Below, piece after piece: positions 9,543 to 18,262 of a DNA stretch of 43,382 bases. Every line of letters starts with the position of its first letter. The first letter of the stretch is position 1. Source of the DNA: Xanthobacteraceae bacterium (GTDB taxonomy: Bacteria > Pseudomonadota > Alphaproteobacteria > Rhizobiales > Xanthobacteraceae); NCBI GenBank assembly GCA_030648135.1, contig JAUSIF010000034.1:1-43382 (forward strand), given 5' to 3'. A program made the translations under genes and the position numbers. The notes under the pieces were generated by a model. That model searched no databases. It saw only the letters and a program-made list of their open reading frames with translations, and was not told the origin of the DNA.

Positions 9543-10535
9543 ATGAAGCGACTGACCTTGCTGTTATTGGCGATCTTCTGCCTTGCCCTCGGCGGCATGG
9601 AGGCGGGCGCGCAGGACAAATATCCGTCGAAGCCGGTGAAGATCATCGTGCCGTATGCGCCCGGCGGCGCCACCGACATCGTCGCGCGCATTCTCGGGGA
9701 GCAGATGCGGCAGATTCTCGGCCAGTCGTTCGTGGTGGAGAACAAGCCGGGCGCGTTCGGCATTATCGCGATCGAGGAAATGGCCCGCTCGAAGCCCGAC
9801 GGTTACACGCTGATGATCGGTAACGTCACCACCAACGCGATCACCCCGGTGATCGTGCCGAAGAAGTTCTCGATCAATTACGACAAGGACGTGGTGCCGG
9901 TGACGCGGCTGGTCGACATTCCGGAATTCCTGCTCGTCACGACCACGAACTTCGCGCCCAAGACGGTGCAGGAGTTCATCGACAATGCCAAGAAGAACCC
10001 GGGCAAGGTCCGCTACGGGCATGTCGGCGTGGGAAGTTACCCGCATTACGACATGGCGTTCTTCGCCAAGCGCGCCGGCGATCTCGACATGATCGCCATT
10101 CCCAACAAGGCGGGCGCCTCCGGTGTGATCAACGACATGGTGACCGGCGACACCCAGGCCTCGTTCCTCAACGTCGCCAGCACCGCCGCGATGATCAAGG
10201 CCGGCAAGCTCAGGCCGCTGGCGCTCGTCAATCACGCGCGCCTGCCCGACTATCCCGACGTGCCCACGATGAAGGAAGTCGGATTTGCCGACGTCGGCAC
10301 GCTCGCCTGGCAAGCGCTGTTCGCGCCGGGCGGCACGCCGAAACAGGTACTGGAGACGCTCCACAAGGCCGCCGTCCAGGGCATGCAGGCGCCGGCCGCG
10401 CAGGAAGCGTTCAAGAAGCAGAACTTTAACATCGTTCCCAACAAGTCGGCGGATGAGGCCAAGACCTGGCTGGCGGGAGAAATTTCCGCCTGGAAGAAGA
10501 TCACCAGCCAGGTGAAGATCGAAGTCGCCGAATAG
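9543..10535 (+). CDS. tripartite tricarboxylate transporter substrate-binding protein (Bug/TctC family)
   Basis: Signal peptide followed by the hallmark YPSKPVKIIVPYAPGGATDIVARIL. The 330-aa length is typical of the Bug family. Confidence 0.9.
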   Translation: MKRLTLLLLAIFCLALGGMEAGAQDKYPSKPVKIIVPYAPGGATDIVARILGEQMRQILGQSFVVENKPGAFGIIAIEEMARSKPDGYTLMIGNVTTNAITPVIVPKKFSINYDKDVVPVTRLVDIPEFLLVTTTNFAPKTVQEFIDNAKKNPGKVRYGHVGVGSYPHYDMAFFAKRAGDLDMIAIPNKAGASGVINDMVTGDTQASFLNVASTAAMIKAGKLRPLALVNHARLPDYPDVPTMKEVGFADVGTLAWQALFAPGGTPKQVLETLHKAAVQGMQAPAAQEAFKKQNFNIVPNKSADEAKTWLAGEISAWKKITSQVKIEVAE

Positions 10536-10564
10536 CGCGGTTCGATTCCTGCGGTACGACATGC

Positions 10565-10588
10565 GGGCGGGATCGGTCGATCCCGCCC
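10565..10588 (+). terminator. palindromic hairpin between tctC-like and hydrolase genes
   Basis: gggcgggatcg-gt-cgatcccgccc is a near-perfect palindrome (9-11 bp stem) followed by ttgttc. Confidence 0.4.
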
Positions 10589-10615
10589 TTGTTCGAGGCA
10601 AAGCCGGTCGCATCA

Positions 10616-12334
10616 ATGAACCTGCAACCCGCTCCGTCCGTTTCCGGCTATCGCATTCTGGTCGAGAAGGACGTCGACATCCCGATGCGGGACGGCGCCC
10701 GGTTGAAAGCCGACATCCTGCGGCCTGACGATGGCGGAAAATTCCCCGCCATCCTGAATCTCGGCCCCTACCAGAAGGACAAGCTCTGGATCCCGCCGGA
10801 CAATCTGGAGGAGAAGCCGAACCCGCTGATGAACTGGGAGACCATCAATCCGCAATGGTGGGTGCCCAAAGGTTACGCCGCCGTCCGGGTCGATGCGCGC
10901 GGGACCGGCAAGTCGCCTGGCCAGGGCGATCCGTGGTCGTATGAGGAATCGCTCGATTTTTATGACGCGATCGAATGGGCGGCGAAGCAGCCCTGGTGCT
11001 CGGGCCAGATCGGCCTTTCCGGCATTTCCTATTTCGCCATCAACCAGTGGTTCGTCGCCAACCACCGGCCGCCGGCGCTGAAGGCGATCATTCCCTGGGA
11101 GGGCTTCGCCGACCTCTATCGCGATGCGCTGTTCCACGGCGGCATTCTCTGCCAGTTCATGACCAACTGGTTCGTCACCCACCTTTCCCATCATCTGGTG
11201 GGCCGCGCCTCGCGCGACAATCCGGATACTTTCCAGATCAACACGCTGTGGAAATGGCTGCGCAACAATCTCGACGACGGCACCTGCAAAGGCTCGCAGG
11301 CTGAGTGGGACAAGATCACGCTGCCGATGCTCTCCGCCGGCAACTGGTCGGGCATGGGCCTGCATCTGCGCGGCAATACCGAAGCTTTCATGCGCGCCGC
11401 CTCGCCGTACAAGAAGCTACGCATCCATTCCGGCACGCACGTGCATCCCTTCTACACCGAGGACGGCCGCCGCGAGCAGCTGCGCTTCTTCGACTGCTGG
11501 CTCAAGGGCATCGACAACGGCGTGATGGACGAGCCGCCGGTGAAGCTCGCAATCCGCAAGGGTGGCGGCGAGGTCGAATGGCGCTTCGAGAACGAATGGC
11601 CGCTCGCCCGCACGCAATGGACGAGGTTCTATCTCGATCTGTCCGAACCGGCCGCCGGCAAGGCCGCGAATACCGGAACCTTGGCTGCGGCCAATCCCGC
11701 CAAGGCCGGCGCCCGCACTTATTTCGCCAGCGGCTTGAGCAAAGTCGGCTCCGCCTCCGCGTCATCGACGCAATTGAACGCGGGCGCCATGCAGTCCGGC
11801 ATGGGGATTTCGCTCGACACGGCACCATTCCCGCAGGACACCGAGATCACCGGCCCGGTGGCGGCGGTGCTGTGGGTATCGAGCAGCACCGAGGACATGG
11901 ACATCTTCCTCACCATCCGCAACATCGATCCCGGCAGCAACGACGTCTGGGAAGTGGGACAGCAGGGCCATCAAGTACCGGTCGCCAAAGGCTGGCTGCG
12001 GGTGTCGCACCGGGAGCTCGATCCGGAGCTTTCGCTGCCCTATCGGCCCTATCACAGGCACAAGCGCCGGCTTTACCTCTCAGCTGGAGAAATCGTTCAG
12101 GTGCAGGTGGAGATCTGGCCGACTTGCATGGTGTTCCAGCAAGGCCATCGCCTCCGGCTCGACATCCAGCCGCGCGACGGCGTCGGCAGCGTGCACTACA
12201 CGCACTATCACGCGGACTACAATACCGGCAGCAATACGATCTATGCTGGTGGGAACAAAGAATCCTATCTGCTCCTGCCGGTCATTCCGGCGGCAAGCCC
12301 TGGCTCCAGGCCAAGCGCACGCGTGAACCGATGA
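10616..12334 (+). CDS. CocE/NonD family (X-Pro dipeptidyl-peptidase S15-like) alpha/beta hydrolase
   Basis: GYAAVRVDARGTGKSPG and the nucleophile-elbow-like GLSGISYFAINQW, plus a long C-terminal beta domain. ATG at 10616 preferred because TTG at 10589 abuts the upstream hairpin; either is possible. Confidence 0.85.
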   Translation: MNLQPAPSVSGYRILVEKDVDIPMRDGARLKADILRPDDGGKFPAILNLGPYQKDKLWIPPDNLEEKPNPLMNWETINPQWWVPKGYAAVRVDARGTGKSPGQGDPWSYEESLDFYDAIEWAAKQPWCSGQIGLSGISYFAINQWFVANHRPPALKAIIPWEGFADLYRDALFHGGILCQFMTNWFVTHLSHHLVGRASRDNPDTFQINTLWKWLRNNLDDGTCKGSQAEWDKITLPMLSAGNWSGMGLHLRGNTEAFMRAASPYKKLRIHSGTHVHPFYTEDGRREQLRFFDCWLKGIDNGVMDEPPVKLAIRKGGGEVEWRFENEWPLARTQWTRFYLDLSEPAAGKAANTGTLAAANPAKAGARTYFASGLSKVGSASASSTQLNAGAMQSGMGISLDTAPFPQDTEITGPVAAVLWVSSSTEDMDIFLTIRNIDPGSNDVWEVGQQGHQVPVAKGWLRVSHRELDPELSLPYRPYHRHKRRLYLSAGEIVQVQVEIWPTCMVFQQGHRLRLDIQPRDGVGSVHYTHYHADYNTGSNTIYAGGNKESYLLLPVIPAASPGSRPSARVNR

Positions 12335-12840
12335 CGATCCACGACCCAAAAGATTCGCTCCACCCTCGTCCAAGCTGGGTTGCGATGCTGCAGCGAAAAA
12401 ACGTGCTCTCCGGCCTGTTATTTATTGCCGTTGCGGCGGCGGGGCTTTGGGTTTCCCGCAATTACCCGATTGGCACCGCGCTGCGCATGGGCACCGGCTA
12501 TGTTCCCCGGCTGCTGCTTTGGATTTTGCTGTTGCTCGGGGTCATCGTCATGGTGATGGGGCTTCGCGCCGGCGCGGGCAAGACACAAGCTGATTCCGAG
12601 ACCACCTCGGTCTGGCGTCCGCTCATCTTCGTCACAGCGAGCCTTGTCACCTTCAGCCTCACCATCGAGCGGCTCGGATTGGTGATATCGATCCTGCTTC
12701 TCATCGGTATCGGCAGCCTCGCCACACGCGAGTTACGATTGATCGAGATGGTGTTGGCGACCTTCCTGCTTATTGTCCTTTCGGTCGGAATCTTCATCAT
12801 CGGCCTTGGTTTAACGATTCCGGTCTGGCCGGAGTGGTAG
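12331..12840 (+). CDS. tripartite tricarboxylate transporter small permease (TctB family)
   Basis: Four hydrophobic helices (LLFIAVAAAGLWV.., LLLWILLLLGVIV..). ATG at 12331 overlaps the hydrolase TGA (ATGA); alternative ATG at 12385. This is only the 3' part of track ORF 11305-12840. Confidence 0.75.
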   Translation: MTIHDPKDSLHPRPSWVAMLQRKNVLSGLLFIAVAAAGLWVSRNYPIGTALRMGTGYVPRLLLWILLLLGVIVMVMGLRAGAGKTQADSETTSVWRPLIFVTASLVTFSLTIERLGLVISILLLIGIGSLATRELRLIEMVLATFLLIVLSVGIFIIGLGLTIPVWPEW

Positions 12841-12843
12841 CCG

Positions 12844-14349
12844 ATGGACCTCTTTCATGATCTTGCGATCGGTTTCAGCGTCGCCCTGACGCCGGCCAAT
12901 CTCGCGTTCGCATTCGCCGGCGTGCTCGTCGGCACGCTCATCGGGGTGCTTCCCGGTATCGGTCCGATCGCGACCATCGCCTTGCTGTTGCCGCTCACCT
13001 TCCATCTCGAACCGGTGTCCGGCCTCATCATGCTCGCCGGCATCTTCTATGGCGCGCAATACGGCGGCTCGACCACGGCGATTCTGGTGAATTTGCCGGG
13101 CGAAACTTCTTCGGTCGTGACCTGCATCGACGGCCACCAGATGGCTCGGCAAGGCCGAGCGGGAGCGGCGCTGGCGGTGGCGGCGCTCGGCTCGTTCTTT
13201 GCCGGAACCGTGGCCACCCTCACCATCGCGACCCTGGCGCCGCCGCTCGCCAAGGTTGGGCAGTCGTTCGGGGCGCCGGAATATTTCTCCCTGCTGGTGC
13301 TCGGCCTCATCGCCGCGGTCGTGCTCGCGCACGGCTCCGTCATCAAGGCGATCGCGATGATCATTCTGGGTCTGGTGCTGGGATTGATCGGCACCGACGG
13401 CAATACCGGCGGGTCCCGCTTCACGTTTGGAATGACTCGCCTTGCCGATGGCCTCGATTTCGTCCCGCTGGTGATCGGTCTATTCGGCCTGGGCGAGATC
13501 ATGGTCAATCTGACCCAGCCGGGCCACACCCGCTCCGTCGTCGCCAAGAAGGTGACAGGCCTGTGGCTGACCATGCAGGAATTCCGGCAGGCCTGGCCCG
13601 CCGTGCTGCGCGGTACGACTCTAGGCTCTGTCCTCGGCGTGCTTCCCGGCGGCGGCGCCACGCTCTCCGCGTTCGCCGCCTATGTGCTCGAGAAAAAGGT
13701 GGCGAGGGATCCGTCGCGTTTCGGCCGCGGCGCGATCGAGGGCGTGGCAGGGCCGGAATCCGCCAACAACGCCGGCGCCCAGACCTCGTTCATTCCGATG
13801 CTGACATTGGGCATACCCGGGAATGCGGTCATGGCGCTCATGATCGGCGCGCTCACCATCCACGGCATCCAGCCCGGCCCGCAAATCATGACCGAGCGCC
13901 CGGAAATGTTCTGGGGCATGGTCGCGAGCATGTGGATCGGCAATCTGATGCTGGTCATCATCAATCTGCCGCTGATCGGCATCTGGGTGCAGTTGCTGAA
14001 AGTGCCGTATCGCCTGCTGTATTTGTCGATCCTGCTGTTCTCCGCCATCGGCGTCTACACCGTGAACAACAGTACGTTCGATGTATTGATGGCGGCGCTG
14101 TTCGGATTTGTGGGTTACGTTTTCATCCGGCTGGAATGCGAACCGGCGCCGCTGATCCTCGGCTTCGTCCTCGGTCCGTTGATGGAGGACAACCTACGCC
14201 GCGCCATGCGGATTTCCAGCGGCGACCCGATGATTTTCCTCGATCGGCCCATCAGCCTGTGCTTGTTGATCGCGGCATTGCTGTTGCTCATCGTCGTTGC
14301 GTTGCCGGCAATCCGTTCGAAGCGCGAGGAGGCGTTCCAGGAAAGCTGA
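12844..14349 (+). CDS. tripartite tricarboxylate transporter large permease (TctA family)
   Basis: 501-aa polytopic ORF with the TctA-like N-terminus LLGVLPGIGPIATIALLLP and GAQYGGSTTAILVN.PGE. Confidence 0.9.
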   Translation: MDLFHDLAIGFSVALTPANLAFAFAGVLVGTLIGVLPGIGPIATIALLLPLTFHLEPVSGLIMLAGIFYGAQYGGSTTAILVNLPGETSSVVTCIDGHQMARQGRAGAALAVAALGSFFAGTVATLTIATLAPPLAKVGQSFGAPEYFSLLVLGLIAAVVLAHGSVIKAIAMIILGLVLGLIGTDGNTGGSRFTFGMTRLADGLDFVPLVIGLFGLGEIMVNLTQPGHTRSVVAKKVTGLWLTMQEFRQAWPAVLRGTTLGSVLGVLPGGGATLSAFAAYVLEKKVARDPSRFGRGAIEGVAGPESANNAGAQTSFIPMLTLGIPGNAVMALMIGALTIHGIQPGPQIMTERPEMFWGMVASMWIGNLMLVIINLPLIGIWVQLLKVPYRLLYLSILLFSAIGVYTVNNSTFDVLMAALFGFVGYVFIRLECEPAPLILGFVLGPLMEDNLRRAMRISSGDPMIFLDRPISLCLLIAALLLLIVVALPAIRSKREEAFQES

Positions 14350-14383
14350 GCTTGCGCCTGCCAAATCCACAGTTTTACGGTTC

Positions 14384-14806
14384 ATGATGGTTGCGATGAT
14401 CGACTTGTCGAAATTAAAGATCGGAATAAAAGGTTCCGCGGAATTGCTGGTGGGCGAAGAACATACCGCGCCGCGCATCGGCAGCGGCCGCGTGCATGTG
14501 CTGGCAACCCCGGTGATGATCAATCTGATCGAGGCGGCGGCACTCGACGCGGTGGAGAACCTGCTGCCGAAAGGGCACCAGAGCCTCGGCATCCGGCTGG
14601 ACATCCGCCATTACGCGGCCACGCCGGTGGGCATGCGCATCCGCGCGACCGCCGAACTCACCAAGATCGACGGCCGCACGCTCGAATTTCGCGTCGAGGC
14701 GCATGACGAGAAGGAGCCGATCGGCGACGGCTCGCACCAGCGCGTCGTCGTCAATGTCGACCGCTTCGACCAGCGGGTGCAGAAGAAGATCGGCGGAACC
14801 GGCTGA
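14384..14806 (+). CDS. hotdog-fold thioesterase (FlK-like, COG5496-type)
   Basis: VGEEHTAPRIGSGRVHVLATPVMINLIEAAA matches the predicted-thioesterase family pattern. Start at 14384 or 14396; the track ORF from 14297 overlaps tctA. Confidence 0.75.
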   Translation: MMVAMIDLSKLKIGIKGSAELLVGEEHTAPRIGSGRVHVLATPVMINLIEAAALDAVENLLPKGHQSLGIRLDIRHYAATPVGMRIRATAELTKIDGRTLEFRVEAHDEKEPIGDGSHQRVVVNVDRFDQRVQKKIGGTG

Positions 14807-14826
14807 TCGGCGAGCGCGCAGGTGTC

Positions 14827-15336
14827 ATGACATTTCGTTACTGGCTGAAACGGATATTGAAGGGAGTCGTGCTCACCGTCGCCGTCCTCTATTTCCTGAT
14901 CGATGTCCTGTTCCTGTCGATCATCAAATTCATATTCAAACACTTGGCGAATATTCCGGTCATCATCCGCGTGTCGGCGTGGATCGCTTCGCTCGGCCCC
15001 TACCCCACGCTGGCGCTTTTTCTGATCCCCATCATCCTTCTGGAGCCGGTGAAGCCGGTCGCCGCCTATCTCGTTGCCACCGGTCATGCCGTCTATGGCG
15101 TGCTTATCATCATCGTCGGCGAAGCGATCAAGATCGCCGTGGTCGAGCGGATGTTCCAGATGAACCGCGACAAGCTCATGTCGATTCCGGCCTTCGCCTG
15201 GGCTTACAATCTGGTCATGCCGTGGCTCGACTATCTTCGAGCCTTGCCCGCCTGGCAAGCGGTGTTGCAGCGGTATGAAGCGGCCAAGGCGGCCGTGCGT
15301 GAAATCATCGCAAGCTGGCGGAAAAGATCTCCGTAA
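14827..15336 (+). CDS. hypothetical integral membrane protein
   Basis: 169-aa ORF with 3-4 hydrophobic helices and coding-like composition. No family recognised. Confidence 0.6.
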   Translation: MTFRYWLKRILKGVVLTVAVLYFLIDVLFLSIIKFIFKHLANIPVIIRVSAWIASLGPYPTLALFLIPIILLEPVKPVAAYLVATGHAVYGVLIIIVGEAIKIAVVERMFQMNRDKLMSIPAFAWAYNLVMPWLDYLRALPAWQAVLQRYEAAKAAVREIIASWRKRSP

Positions 15337-15339
15337 CGC

Positions 15340-16410
15340 TCAGCGCCGCTCGTGCGCAAAAGCATCGGCTGGATCGAGGGCGGGCTCGGGCGAGTGGGGG
15401 AAGTCGCCGACTTGAAAGGCGCGCAGTGTGGCGAGGTTGATCTCATCCATGAAATCGGCAAGCTTCGAATAGGTCACGCAGCGCACCTCGGGCAGTCCGC
15501 AGACCATGCGGGCGAAAGCCTTGAGCGCCTGATTATAGACCCCGCCCTGATAGCCGAAGAAATGATGGCCGATGTGGATCGGCGCACGGTTGCCGGTGTA
15601 GTTCGATTTAAAATACTGGATATAGGTGCGGAGCATCTGTTCGCGGTAAAGCTCTTGATTCCTGGGATTGGGCGCGATGCCGGACTGGGCGATCAGGAAG
15701 TTGTAGTCCATCGACAACGTGTATTTTCCCGAGCCCGCGATCCGGAGGCTCGCGAGATTGAATCGCCAGATGCCGCCTTTTTGCTCCGGCCAGTCATTCG
15801 GATTGCCGGTGCCGCTGGCGTCGTAGCGGAAGTGATTGTCCCTGAGTGCGGTGTAGAGGCCCGGATTTCGGCTGAGATAGGGCGCACGGAAACCCACGAC
15901 CTCGCCGAGCGGGAAAGCGAGCTTCACCGCATCCGGAAAACCATTGTGCGCCGTCACATGGTTGAAGAGGTCGGCGTAGCTTCGGAACTCCTGCGCCCAA
16001 TCGGCCGCCGACCAGCCGCGGCCGTCGAAATGACCCACCGCATGGGAGCCGATGTCATTGCCGCTCGCCTTCAGCGCGTTGATGAAACCGATCCGGCGCT
16101 GGACGTCCTCAGGCGAGCCGCCGAAATTGATATTGGAAGCCCCGCGCCCTTGGCCCGGCGCCTGATAGGCATTCTTTTTTGCATTGGTCAGATAATTGAT
16201 CCCGCTGACAAAGAAAGTAAAATGAACGCGGTCGCCGGACTTGTTCATTTCATCGAGAAAATCCGACAGCTCCTGCCAGCGCTCCAATTCGGTGCAGTTG
16301 TCGAAGGAGAACACGACGAACTGCGGCGGACGCTCGACCGCGGCATGGGCGTAATCAAGCAAGCCGCCAGCGATCAGCGCGGTCAGGAAAATCGCGATCC
16401 GTGTCTTCAT
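15340..16410 (-). CDS. secreted polysaccharide deacetylase (NodB-homology) family protein
   Basis: Signal peptide MKTRIAIFLTALIAGGLLDYAHA, then FVVFSFDNC.., HFTFFVSG.., IGSHAVGHFDG. The stop lies 3 nt from the convergent stop of the membrane-protein gene. Confidence 0.8.
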   Translation of the reverse strand: MKTRIAIFLTALIAGGLLDYAHAAVERPPQFVVFSFDNCTELERWQELSDFLDEMNKSGDRVHFTFFVSGINYLTNAKKNAYQAPGQGRGASNINFGGSPEDVQRRIGFINALKASGNDIGSHAVGHFDGRGWSAADWAQEFRSYADLFNHVTAHNGFPDAVKLAFPLGEVVGFRAPYLSRNPGLYTALRDNHFRYDASGTGNPNDWPEQKGGIWRFNLASLRIAGSGKYTLSMDYNFLIAQSGIAPNPRNQELYREQMLRTYIQYFKSNYTGNRAPIHIGHHFFGYQGGVYNQALKAFARMVCGLPEVRCVTYSKLADFMDEINLATLRAFQVGDFPHSPEPALDPADAFAHERR

Positions 16411-16419
16411 GGCCAGAGA

Positions 16420-16812
16420 CTATATACCGTCGCCTTCAGGACCGGCGCGGCCGCTCAAGTCAGCGCCGTTGACCGACGGGCCGCGGTGGCGGGCGATCTG
16501 CACCGCCAGCCAGAAGCCGAGCACCATCAACGCGCACTGGATGGTGAACATGACCTCGTCTGGAAGCAGTGGAGCCATCATCTGCTCGTGCCGTTCGGCC
16601 ATCGACAGTGGTTCGGCGCCAATGCCGAGCGGATTGAGAAACAAGGAGAGCAGATCCCCGGTCTCCCGCATCAGATGGTCCATGTTGTGCGACAGATGAT
16701 AGGCAAAAGCCAACGGCAACGCGGTAAAAGAGAACACCGCAAACAGCGATTTGTAAGAGACCCCGCGCGCGTTCACGTTTGCCCGTTGGCTGCAGCCACA
16801 ATGACCGGCCAT
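16420..16812 (-). pseudogene. short membrane-protein ORF resembling the distal helices of the membrane domain of gene 29262-31967 (possible gene remnant)
   Basis: FSFTALPLAFAYHLSHN ... LNPLGIGAEP aligns with FAFTLIPITIGYHLAHY ... SDPFGYGWNL of the 901-aa protein. The ORF lacks the other ~8 helices and any soluble domain. Start (MAGHCGCS.. at 16812) is uncertain. Confidence 0.4.
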
Positions 16813-16986
16813 GGAACACCCCCTCCCAACACCAATCTGATGGGACCACCGTATGCTGGCTTTGACCTGTATCAATTTGGAAGCATACCGGTGGACGGAG
16901 CTTTCATTGTGCGCTGTCGATGTCCGGTCAGATCAGAAGCGTACATGACGCAAACGATCAAAATCAGGTTGAGTAAAAAACAGCCA

Positions 16987-18060
16987 CTAGCTCCGGTAGC
17001 GTTTCACCGCCTCCCTAATGGTGACAAATCCACCTGCGATTCCGCGCGGAAAAGCAAAGACGACGAGGATAAGCAGCAGGCCGAACATCGCGTAGCGCCC
17101 AACGGTCCACTGCGATGCAATCTCTTCCAGACCCACGAATGCAAACGCTCCCATAACTGGCCCAAGGAAGTGCCGCGTGCCGCCCAGCACGGTGGCAAGA
17201 ACCAATTGCATGGAGAAAATCCAATGCAGTTGTTCAGGCGTAATTTGCCGAACCAACTGGCCGTACAGTCCCCCGGCGAGACCCGTGAAGAAGCCGGAGA
17301 TAATGAACGCGGACCACCGGTACTGCCACACCGGAATGCCAATGAAGGCAGCGCGCGTCTCATTGTCCCTAATCGCCCTGAGGGCTTGCCCGAACGGTGA
17401 TTGGCTGATCCTCCATAAGACGAGCACGGTCGCGATGAACGCGGCAACAATCACGTAATAGAACGCGGCAACGAAGTCGGCGGGGCCATAATTGACACCA
17501 AGAATGGTGAGGCGAGGAATATACATTGCGCCTTCTCCGAGGAGATACAGCGCCCATCCAAGCCCGCCGAATAACCGGAACACCGCTCCGTTGATGACTA
17601 GGGAATACACCACCATGGAAAATACGAGCGTAAGGATGGCGAAAAATATCTTCGTGGTGCGGACGCTAAAGAATCCAATCACGGCGGCAAAGACGGTCGA
17701 GGCGAGCACGCCGGACGCCAAATATGGTTCGAAGGATTCGACGGGGGAAAACCGGACCAGAAATGCGCCGGTATATGCCGCTACGCCGAAATAAGTGGCA
17801 TGGCCGAGCGAGAACGATCCGGCAGTTCCGTAGAGGAGGTTCAAGCCCAGACATGCGATGGAAAATACCAGCATGTGGGACAGAATGATGAGCGGATAGG
17901 CGGCGAGGACCGACGGCATGAGCATGAGCACGAAGCCCGCAGCTCCGGCGAAAAGGAGCATACGAACCCGCCCGACGCGCCATGCGCCTGTATCTTGCGC
18001 CCTGTACTCGTCTTGACCCGCGAACGGCCTGACTGAGTCAGGCTCTGATTCATATGCCAT
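16987..18060 (-). CDS. orphan LivM-like ABC permease
   Basis: 357-aa polytopic ORF. SPFGQALRAIRDNETRAAFIG..YRWSAFIISGFFTGLAGGLYG closely parallels the LivM of 25126-26133. No adjacent LivH, ATPase or binding-protein gene. Confidence 0.8.
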   Translation of the reverse strand: MAYESEPDSVRPFAGQDEYRAQDTGAWRVGRVRMLLFAGAAGFVLMLMPSVLAAYPLIILSHMLVFSIACLGLNLLYGTAGSFSLGHATYFGVAAYTGAFLVRFSPVESFEPYLASGVLASTVFAAVIGFFSVRTTKIFFAILTLVFSMVVYSLVINGAVFRLFGGLGWALYLLGEGAMYIPRLTILGVNYGPADFVAAFYYVIVAAFIATVLVLWRISQSPFGQALRAIRDNETRAAFIGIPVWQYRWSAFIISGFFTGLAGGLYGQLVRQITPEQLHWIFSMQLVLATVLGGTRHFLGPVMGAFAFVGLEEIASQWTVGRYAMFGLLLILVVFAFPRGIAGGFVTIREAVKRYRS

Positions 18061-18262
18061 TTCTGCTGGATCTCATGGCGAGCACGGATTGAACTGACCG
18101 GCCAAATCCTCAGGCCAGACGCTGCCTATCATCTTCCAAAAAGAGCCATAAGACGAGACTGAATATCCGCCCTTGGGTCAGCTGCGCTTCACGGAGCGAG
18201 AGTTACGGTATCTTTTTTTCCGGAAACCCTCAGCTGACGGACAATCCGCCCCGCAAGAAAAT

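Noticed and set aside
11305-12330. Upstream 340 codons of the 511-aa track ORF that ends as TctB
   Set aside because: This part is an off-frame reading of the CocE/NonD hydrolase gene (Arg/Gly/Ala-rich). Only the last ~170 codons, from the ATGA junction at 12331, look like a real TctB protein.
15352-17400. 682-aa plus-strand ORF spanning the deacetylase, the remnant ORF and the orphan LivM
   Set aside because: It is antisense to three better-supported minus-strand genes. Its sequence has no recognisable motifs and shadow-frame composition.
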